From Opitutales bacterium (GTDB lineage Bacteria; Verrucomicrobiota; Verrucomicrobiia; Opitutales; UBA2987): a stretch of DNA of 64,000 nucleotides. The notes under the pieces were generated by a model that made no database searches, was not told the origin of the DNA, and saw only the letters and a program-made list of their open reading frames with translations. Position 1 is the first letter of the stretch. Each line of letters starts with the position of its first letter. The stretch spans positions 5,929-69,928 of the forward strand of contig JAJFLU010000009.1 of NCBI GenBank assembly GCA_021772515.1, given 5' to 3'. A program made the position numbers and the translations under genes. Shown piece by piece: positions 57,989 to 64,000 of this stretch.

Positions 57989-58774
57989 ATGATTCCTGCC
58001 ATCATGAATATTTTGGATCTTTTTAAACTGGATGGGCGCGTGGCATTGGTGACTGGTGGAAACCGCGGGCTCGGTTTTGAAATGGCTTCCGCTTTAGCCG
58101 ATGCAGGGGCCTCGGTGGCTCTTATGAGCCGGGATGAAGCCCTTACTTTGGCTTCCGCCGAGAAAATCCAGGAGCGGACGGGACAAAAATGCATCGGCAT
58201 CAAAGGTGATGTGGTCCGCGAAGAGCAGGTGCAGGGAGCAGTTGACAGGGTGGTCGCTGAGTTCGGGGAAATCGATATTTTAGTCAACAGCGCGGGCATC
58301 AATATCCGTGGAGCCATCGAGGATCTATCGGTCGAGGAGTTTCGGCAGGTGCAGGAGGTCAATGTGACCGGTTCCTGGCTGACTTGCCGGGCGGTGGCAC
58401 CGATTATGAAGGCCAACAATTACGGACGGGTAATCAACATCAGCTCGATGGTGGGAGTGACCTCGATTCCCGAGCGCACCCCTTATTCCACCAGCAAGGG
58501 CGCGGTTTTGCAATTGACGCGGGCGCTGGCCATGGAATGGGCCACCAAGGGCATCACGGTCAACGCGATACTGCCGGGCCCGTTTGGCACGGAGATGAAT
58601 CTACCCCTCATGAACGACCCCGAGAAATACCAGGCATTTATCTCCAAAATCCCCATGGGGCGCTGGGGAGATTTGCACGAAATCGGCGGAGTCGCGATAT
58701 TTTTGGCCAGCGATGCCTCGAGCTATGTCACCGGGGCCGGTTTTTCCGTGGATGGCGGGTGGGTTGCCCAATAG
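57989..58774 (+). CDS. SDR family oxidoreductase (gluconate 5-dehydrogenase-like)
   Basis: TGGNRGLG cofactor motif, NSAG, and YSTSK catalytic motif. The start could be the Met at 58004. Confidence 0.93.
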   Translation: MIPAIMNILDLFKLDGRVALVTGGNRGLGFEMASALADAGASVALMSRDEALTLASAEKIQERTGQKCIGIKGDVVREEQVQGAVDRVVAEFGEIDILVNSAGINIRGAIEDLSVEEFRQVQEVNVTGSWLTCRAVAPIMKANNYGRVINISSMVGVTSIPERTPYSTSKGAVLQLTRALAMEWATKGITVNAILPGPFGTEMNLPLMNDPEKYQAFISKIPMGRWGDLHEIGGVAIFLASDASSYVTGAGFSVDGGWVAQ

Positions 58775-58793
58775 ACTTTGGAAATACCGCCGC

Positions 58794-59792
58794 TCAATGG
58801 GTGCCGATGAATGCGCCGCCGTGCTGGTAGGTTAACTCCCGCATGAGGTTGGCAAACTTGAGGCCTGTGCGGGTGAAGTGCCGCTCGTACTTGATTACGT
58901 GGGGAAATCCGATGGCGTTGATGGTGATTGGCCTCTCCCCGGTCTCCTCATCGGGTTTGTTGGCAGTATCAATGCGATTTAATACCTTTTCCGCAGTCTG
59001 AGTAAATTCGTCGCCAAAGATATATATCCCGATTTTATCTTCCGATGTTTTGTCATCTCGGAAGGAGCGAATGGCTCTCAAGATACCGGGGACGGGGTTA
59101 CTTTGGCTGTGATGCTCGTAGTTGTTAATGGCCCTGACAATACTGTTTCGCACGCTTCTGCTATCGGGCAGCCACTGGCCGCGGCTTGAGCGGAGGATGA
59201 AGTTGCCATCGGCATCCATAACCTGAATGGCTTTGACGATGGGGTAAGCGAGGAGGGTTTCCTGGATTTTGGTGGTCACGGTTTCCCAGATTTTCCCCGT
59301 GCTGGGGTCGCGCATACTCCCGGAGGTATCCATCACGAAAATTATTTTATTGCTTAAAACCGGCACTCCGATTGGCAGATCAGAATCATTTTGGGGGATG
59401 CTCACCTCTTTTTCCCGCGCGTCGATCTCCTCTTCGAGGTTATCCACATCGACGAGAAGCTTTTCTTTGCCAAATTCGGCATCCTTGATCCGGTTGATCA
59501 ATTCATCGAGGTCCACCTGCATGGAGGCCAGCCGATCCTCTGTTTCTTTTTCGAGTTTTTCATTGAGGACGACAATCCGTTTCAACTCCTCCTTTTTACT
59601 TTGAACTCTGGAAAGCTCACTCATGCGTTCCTGAAAGAGTTTCTCGAGGGCGTCGCGGACATCAAAAATAACCAAACGCTCCGAACCCATCGAAATGACG
59701 AAAAGGAGGATAACCGCCCCGAATCCGCAACTGATGACATCGAGGAAGGAGAGGCTGAAAACGGAAATATCGCGCTTTTTTTTCCTGCTCAT
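58794..59792 (-). CDS. TolR/ExbD-like N-terminal TM (conserved Asp) - coiled coil - vWA domain protein, intact MIDAS (B2)
   Basis: N-terminus MSRKKKRDISVFSLSFLDVISCGFGAVILLFVI. About 100 aa of heptad-like E/K/L-rich sequence. vWA with IIFVMDTSGSM (DxSxS), IYIFGDEFT and ITINAIGFP. ATGA overlap with the upstream paralog. Confidence 0.75.
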   Translation of the reverse strand: MSRKKKRDISVFSLSFLDVISCGFGAVILLFVISMGSERLVIFDVRDALEKLFQERMSELSRVQSKKEELKRIVVLNEKLEKETEDRLASMQVDLDELINRIKDAEFGKEKLLVDVDNLEEEIDAREKEVSIPQNDSDLPIGVPVLSNKIIFVMDTSGSMRDPSTGKIWETVTTKIQETLLAYPIVKAIQVMDADGNFILRSSRGQWLPDSRSVRNSIVRAINNYEHHSQSNPVPGILRAIRSFRDDKTSEDKIGIYIFGDEFTQTAEKVLNRIDTANKPDEETGERPITINAIGFPHVIKYERHFTRTGLKFANLMRELTYQHGGAFIGTH

Positions 59793-60853
59793 GTTTCAGG
59801 CCAGGTTTTCGAAGGACAGATGAAGGAACCTTCGGTTTTGGTCGAGAGAAGCCAAAAATTTGTGGCCGCCCCGGGATCTCCGCTCATGGGCATCATGATG
59901 ACGTTGACCGGAATGCCTGTGGGGGTTTGGCGCTTGGCCGCGCTAAACATACGCTCTCTGGCGCTTTGGTCGATGATGGGGCCAGCCGGAACGGAGTCGC
60001 TCAATGTGGGCAACCCGTCCACAAAGAGGATGATATTGTCGGGCCTGGGATTCATGCCTCCGACATAAAAAAATGCCCGCTCGAGATTGGCCCCTCCCTT
60101 GGGGGTGTATTCTCTCATTTTTTCCAAAGCCTCAGCCAGGGTTTGCCGGTCGGTAATTTCAAGCCATTCTCCGGCCCGGAGGGATATCACCGAATCAATC
60201 TCCTTGTTGAAAAAGATTATCTGGTACCGGCTGGGGGCTTTGAGGGCAGTAATCATCCACTCGACGGCCTTCAGGGTGCGCAGCCATTTGGGGGCCTGGC
60301 GTTTTATCTCATCTCTGTCGCCGAGGCGTTCGATGGCCCCATCGATGGTGTCGTCGAGCATACCACCGGAAGCTTCGATGAGAAAAAGGACGCGCTCCCC
60401 GTCGAGCTTGAAATCGGTCAGGTATTGGCGTTTTACGGGGTTGGGCATCGGGATGGGAACCTCCTCTGGAACGGTGGGCAGGTTTTCCATATCCCCCAGC
60501 AAGGTAGCCCGGAGTTCTTCCATCTCAGCCAATTGGGCCAGCAGGAGGCTCAGGTCGGTGGTTCGATCTTTGAGGCTGCTTGATATCTCGATTTCCCTTT
60601 TTTTTCGGTCCTTGAGCTTTTTTTTAATTTCCTCGATGGATTCGGCAAGCTGAACAAGGATTCTCTCCTCGGACTGGATGTCCATTCGCATCCGTCCCAA
60701 ATCGATTTCGGTATCGGAAAGCTGATTGACGTGATGGGCGGACTTTTTTCCGCTGGTTAATACAAAGAGCAGGATGATGGCCCCAAATCCACAGCAGATG
60801 ACATCGAGAAATGCCATGCTCAGTGGTTGGAGTCCTTTTTTCTTCCTGGCCAT
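59789..60853 (-). CDS. TolR/ExbD-like N-terminal TM (conserved Asp) - coiled coil - vWA-like domain protein, degenerate MIDAS (B1)
   Basis: N-terminus MARKKKGLQPLSMAFLDVICCGFGAIILLFVL, a coiled-coil stretch, and a vWA-like core VLFLIEASGGM / IILFVDGLPT / VNVIMMPMSGD. Confidence 0.72.
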   Translation of the reverse strand: MARKKKGLQPLSMAFLDVICCGFGAIILLFVLTSGKKSAHHVNQLSDTEIDLGRMRMDIQSEERILVQLAESIEEIKKKLKDRKKREIEISSSLKDRTTDLSLLLAQLAEMEELRATLLGDMENLPTVPEEVPIPMPNPVKRQYLTDFKLDGERVLFLIEASGGMLDDTIDGAIERLGDRDEIKRQAPKWLRTLKAVEWMITALKAPSRYQIIFFNKEIDSVISLRAGEWLEITDRQTLAEALEKMREYTPKGGANLERAFFYVGGMNPRPDNIILFVDGLPTLSDSVPAGPIIDQSARERMFSAAKRQTPTGIPVNVIMMPMSGDPGAATNFWLLSTKTEGSFICPSKTWPET

Positions 60854-60937
60854 GTTGTTTGATGATGCCCCGATGGGGATTAATTAATGAAAATAAACGC
60901 TCTCTTTGGGCTGTTCGGTATTTTTTAAAAGGTCTTA

Positions 60938-62392
60938 TCAATCGTTGCAGTGGATGAGGAGCCAATCGAGTGGCTCTCGCCCACCGTCGAGTGTTAAAAC
61001 ATCACCCGGTTTGAGGACCTCACCGTTGTTGGCAGGCTGGCCATTCAGGAGCACATTCAGGTGCCCGGGGTTTTCAATTTGCAGATTGCCGTTCTGAAGG
61101 CGTTTGAGAGAAATATGGCGGGGGCTTTCTCCAAATCGATAACCCGACGAGCCTATCGGATGCCCGATGCCCTTGCAGACGATATGCGTTGAAATAGGTG
61201 CCGCGGGGCCCTCCTCACCGGTTGGGGCTGAAATTTGCTGCTTCGGGGGCTCCGCTATTTCCGCCGTGGCGACCGGGGGCAAACCCAACTCGCCAAGCTC
61301 GATGCTGGTGGTGATTTCCGCCTCCGCCAAATCTTCAAACACAGGGGCATCTTTGCCAAAAAGGGCCGCACCAAGAGCCGCCGAGCCCGCCTCCGCGACC
61401 GAGATGGAGCATTTGCTCATGGAGGCAATTTTTTCTGCTAGACCGGGAATTTTGGCGGCCCGTTGACTGAATACGAAGGGTATTTCGGTATTTCGACGGG
61501 CAAATCCGGTTTCCTTGAGAGCCTTTTCCACCATATTGGTCAGGGATTCGTTAATCGACTCGAGGTGCTTGGCTGCGGTGTCTCTGTAAACGGATAATTT
61601 TCTGGCCCGCTTGAGGCTTTCCATCTCGATTGTGGCTTCTTCCTGTTCCCTGAATAGCTCCAGGAGGTTTTGGACCTGATCGTAAAATTGCTGCTCTGTT
61701 TCGGCGTTGTGGGTAACGTCGAAGGCGGTCTGGCTGAGAAAGCTATTGGCCAGTTTGGGATTCAAATCCGCAAAGATATGATGGAATCCGATGGGCGCTG
61801 TGGCCAAGCGCGAGCGGCGCACGCTCGATCCCACTTCGAGTATGCTGAGAAAAGTCGAGTGCTGGTGAACATCGAGGTGAAAAACTAATTTCTCCTTGAT
61901 GCCGAGGCGGGCCATGTCGGCGGCCAGTGAGGCACATGCCATATCGACAATACCGGCCAGCGGGATTTTGAGATCATCGGCAATGCCCAGAATGAGTCCG
62001 ATTTTTTCTTCATCTCCATCATCCTCTGCGAGGAAATTACCAGGAAGGGCGAAAACCACTTTATCCACCGGCTGACCCGCCTGAATGCGCTCCCAGACCA
62101 TATTCAGATGGTAGTAGGCCAGTTCGGAATAACGGGGGGACTTACCACGGGGCACGTTTAGCTCGGAGAGTCGGAGGGATAATTGATCCCAACAGCGGTC
62201 GGTAACAAATCGCGGGTAGATGCGGGACCGTTTCTGGGCCTGCCGACCACAGATATAGCGCCGGCCATCGTAATAAACAAACCCTGGGCTCTCCGCCCCC
62301 GAAGATTCCAATTCAAGAATCCGGTTCGTCGATTCGTCCGTTTCCGCAGCGACAAACCCTTCGTCGCAAAATTCTATGCCAAGTGTTCTCAT
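60938..62392 (-). CDS. Hsp70/actin-fold (ASKHA) protein with degenerate nucleotide-binding loops fused to C-terminal FHA-like domain
   Basis: Colinear Hsp70-type blocks: LGIEFCDEG (phosphate 1), VVFALPGNF, LAGIVDMACASLAA, LVFHLDVHQHSTFLSILEV (phosphate 2), VFSQRAAKIPGL (adenosine) and AEAGSAALGAALFG. The last ~85 aa, SPRHISL...NPGHLNVLLNGQPANNGEVLKPGDVLTL, are FHA-like. Confidence 0.65.
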   Translation of the reverse strand: MRTLGIEFCDEGFVAAETDESTNRILELESSGAESPGFVYYDGRRYICGRQAQKRSRIYPRFVTDRCWDQLSLRLSELNVPRGKSPRYSELAYYHLNMVWERIQAGQPVDKVVFALPGNFLAEDDGDEEKIGLILGIADDLKIPLAGIVDMACASLAADMARLGIKEKLVFHLDVHQHSTFLSILEVGSSVRRSRLATAPIGFHHIFADLNPKLANSFLSQTAFDVTHNAETEQQFYDQVQNLLELFREQEEATIEMESLKRARKLSVYRDTAAKHLESINESLTNMVEKALKETGFARRNTEIPFVFSQRAAKIPGLAEKIASMSKCSISVAEAGSAALGAALFGKDAPVFEDLAEAEITTSIELGELGLPPVATAEIAEPPKQQISAPTGEEGPAAPISTHIVCKGIGHPIGSSGYRFGESPRHISLKRLQNGNLQIENPGHLNVLLNGQPANNGEVLKPGDVLTLDGGREPLDWLLIHCND

Positions 62393-62431
62393 AATAGTGA
62401 TGGTAAAAAATTCGATCCTTCGCGGCTGCGC

Positions 62432-63295
62432 TCAGGAAAAAGTGACCTCCGTTTCCTCCTGATAGGGGATTTTCATGACTGCAATCAGTTTTTCCCGACA
62501 ATATTCTTCGACATCGAGGATAAGGCTTTCCTGTCGCGATTGCAGCAGGTGGATAAAGTACATGAGGATAATGCTTAAAATCAAAGCAACAAAAGTCGAG
62601 TTGAAGGCCAGACCGAGGGAATCAGTGACACCCTGGATATTACCCCGGATGGCCTGATCTGCCTGCGAGAGGGCTTCACCGATACCGCGCACAGTGCCGA
62701 TGAATCCAACCGAGGGAATGGCCCATGCGATGTAGCGGACGAGCGAGAGATCCGAGTCGAGTCGGTCGGCCTCCGATTCAGAAATCTCCCGAACGGCCTG
62801 GGAAACATCCTGTATGGAGTGGGTTGAGTGAAAGCGGTGGAGGGCAGTCAGGACAACTGTTGGCAGTAGTTTGCCAATTAAATGGGGGTTATGCTGGAGT
62901 CGGGATTCGAGATGCTTGGAGTGACTGAGAGCCTCGAGGGGAATGATTCGCTCGCCCCTCTCGATATCGACAAAGGTTTCCCCCATCACTCTTTTTTCAT
63001 GGTAAACCAGGTATAGCTTAAAAATGATGATGATCATGGCCCACGAGAGGAGCACAAAGCAGCTCTCCTGCTCATAATTCTGCAGAATAATATAGATATT
63101 GCGCTCGGGCACATACCCCTCTCGTCCGCTATCCTGCTCACGCAGAACCTGCTGAGTGATGGTCACCGCCTCTGCCTTGGGGCGGATATGCAGGGTGTAA
63201 AAAGCGTGAATCAAAACGAAAGAAACGACCAGGCCGAGAAACTGGACGATGTTCTCCTTCGAGAAGAGGGTGTAGTGATTATTTTTTGCGGACAT
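62432..63295 (-). CDS. MotA/TolQ/ExbB-family proton channel protein (4-TM MotA-like topology)
   Basis: 287 aa. TM1 FLGLVVSFVLIHAFYTL, TM2 CFVLLSWAMIIIIFKLYLVY, an ~85 aa loop, TM3 IAWAIPSVGFIGTVRGIG and TM4 LGLAFNSTFVALILSIILMYFIHLL, which carry the family signature. Confidence 0.85.
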   Translation of the reverse strand: MSAKNNHYTLFSKENIVQFLGLVVSFVLIHAFYTLHIRPKAEAVTITQQVLREQDSGREGYVPERNIYIILQNYEQESCFVLLSWAMIIIIFKLYLVYHEKRVMGETFVDIERGERIIPLEALSHSKHLESRLQHNPHLIGKLLPTVVLTALHRFHSTHSIQDVSQAVREISESEADRLDSDLSLVRYIAWAIPSVGFIGTVRGIGEALSQADQAIRGNIQGVTDSLGLAFNSTFVALILSIILMYFIHLLQSRQESLILDVEEYCREKLIAVMKIPYQEETEVTFS

Positions 63296-63318
63296 TGCAA
63301 TTTGTTGAAACCGGTATG

Positions 63319-63350
63319 GGTATTCTATGGTTTACTGTATTTAGAATACC
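63319..63350 (-). promoter_or_regulatory. Perfect 9-bp inverted repeat (GGTATTCTA-N14-TAGAATACC) in the leader of the MotA-like operon
   Basis: Arms at 63319-63327 and 63342-63350, 24-55 nt upstream of the ATG at 63295. An alternative register pairs CCGGTAT (63311-17) with ATACCGG (63346-52). Could be an operator or a 5' UTR hairpin. Confidence 0.25.
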
Positions 63351-63726
63351 GGGCGAAGTTTTTATTTCGATAAGATGATCTGTTCGTGGTGTTTGAAGAT
63401 ATTTATTAACATGTTTGCATAGAATAATACCTGCCAAGGCGAAATGGTTGCAAAAACAGGCAAAGAAAAATGAAATCATGCGGCAGCGCAACAATCCTTT
63501 TCCCGTTTGTGGAAAAGGAAATTTCTGGATTTTGCTACTTGCCTTGCAGGATAAATGATCCTATGTCTATATTCTGGGGAAAATGCCTTGAATACTAATT
63601 ATCTGAGCCGTTAACATAAGAAATATCAATTTTTCATCATTCATCGGGAAGAAACCCACTTGCAAATCCCTCTTTACTCTATAGAAAAATAATGCCTTCA
63701 ACTGAAAAGAAACTGGATTAGAATTC

Positions 63727-64000
63727 ATGAAAGTAAAAAGTAAATCCCAAATCAGCAAACTAATAGCCCTGTTATTGGTCACACCGATGGTCCTTTTCAG
63801 CGGCTGCGCAACCAGTTCGCATACCGCCAAGGGTGCCGGTGTCGGTGCCGTGGCGGGCGGAGCCACCGGAGCCATAATCGGAAAACAGAGCGGAGAAACC
63901 GGTGAGGGCGCCGTCGTCGGAGCGCTGGCAGGAACCGCCATCGGAGCATTGTTGGGCGCCGCCAAAGATGCCAGGATATCCCGCGAACAGGAGCAAATTG
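63727..64000 (+). CDS. Glycine-zipper lipoprotein (partial, 3' end outside window)
   Basis: Not in the ORF track because it has no stop in the window. The ATG at 63727 gives MKVKSKSQISKLIALLLVTPMVLFSGC (lipobox), then GAGVGAVAGGATGAIIG...GAVVGALAGTAIGALLGAA glycine-zipper repeats. Confidence 0.7.
   Translation, partial: MKVKSKSQISKLIALLLVTPMVLFSGCATSSHTAKGAGVGAVAGGATGAIIGKQSGETGEGAVVGALAGTAIGALLGAAKDARISREQEQI

Noticed and set aside
63470-63607. 45-codon Cys-rich small ORF (MKSCGSATILFPFVEKEISGFCYLPCRINDPMSIFWGKCLEY) in the AT-rich leader
   Set aside because: It has no convincing ribosome-binding context and no recognisable peptide family, and it overlaps the CCTTTTCC/GGAAAAGG hairpin. This cannot be supported from sequence alone. 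It would only be worth checking if ribosome-profiling data exist.
63567-63996. Minus-strand ORFs of 132 and 74 aa at the window end
   Set aside because: They are antisense to a plus-strand gene starting at 63727 that has a clear lipobox and glycine-zipper repeats. The Ala/Pro-rich antisense translations are shadows of the GGx/GCx codons.
1-64000. Search for CRISPR arrays, tRNA/rRNA genes, transposases, integrases and prophage genes
   Set aside because: By eye I found no short direct-repeat arrays, no cloverleaf-like or rRNA-like conserved stretches in the intergenic gaps, and no ORF with recombinase or transposase motifs. A tRNAscan/Infernal run would be needed for certainty.

Overview
Densely coding 64 kb chromosomal window, roughly 50-55% GC by eye. 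I support about 60 CDS and found no rRNA, tRNA, CRISPR array, transposase or integrase. Gene content suggests a PVC-group bacterium, possibly a marine Verrucomicrobiota/Opitutia-like organism, but that is inference only. Contents in order:
- A translationally coupled MoxR-DUF58-DUF4381-BatA-BatB-BatD-BatE aerotolerance-type operon.
- gcvT-gcvH, a CNNM/CBS protein and lgt.
- A glutaredoxin-like gene followed by gltB.
- pnuC plus a NadR-type kinase.
- Small redox and unknown-function genes: two DUF5069 genes, TlpA, a cupin and a DUF2231-SnoaL fusion.
- lutC located about 10 kb from GFA-lutA-lutB.
- An SPFH protein, two M48 peptidases and a YbjQ pair.
- moeB-rhodanese, a low-GC Fic gene, manC, ruvX and lhgO.
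- A TRAP transporter with three paralogous lipoprotein binding proteins, interrupted by a lower-GC two-gene secreted cassette.
- A nitroreductase and DUF3891.
- A GldA/F/G-like ABC system plus DUF4340.
- tag, a SYLF protein, a cyclase-TPR protein, and ADH/esterase/SDR genes.

The most interesting locus is a self-contained four-gene minus-strand operon (58794-63295). It encodes a MotA/ExbB-type channel, an Hsp70/actin-fold protein fused to an FHA-like domain, and two paralogous TolR/ExbD-like proteins (TM helix with a conserved Asp, then coiled coil, then vWA). I cannot map this combination onto any described ion-driven motor.

A GC-rich, heavily base-paired convergent intergenic region (26414-26693) is a candidate unclassified structured RNA.
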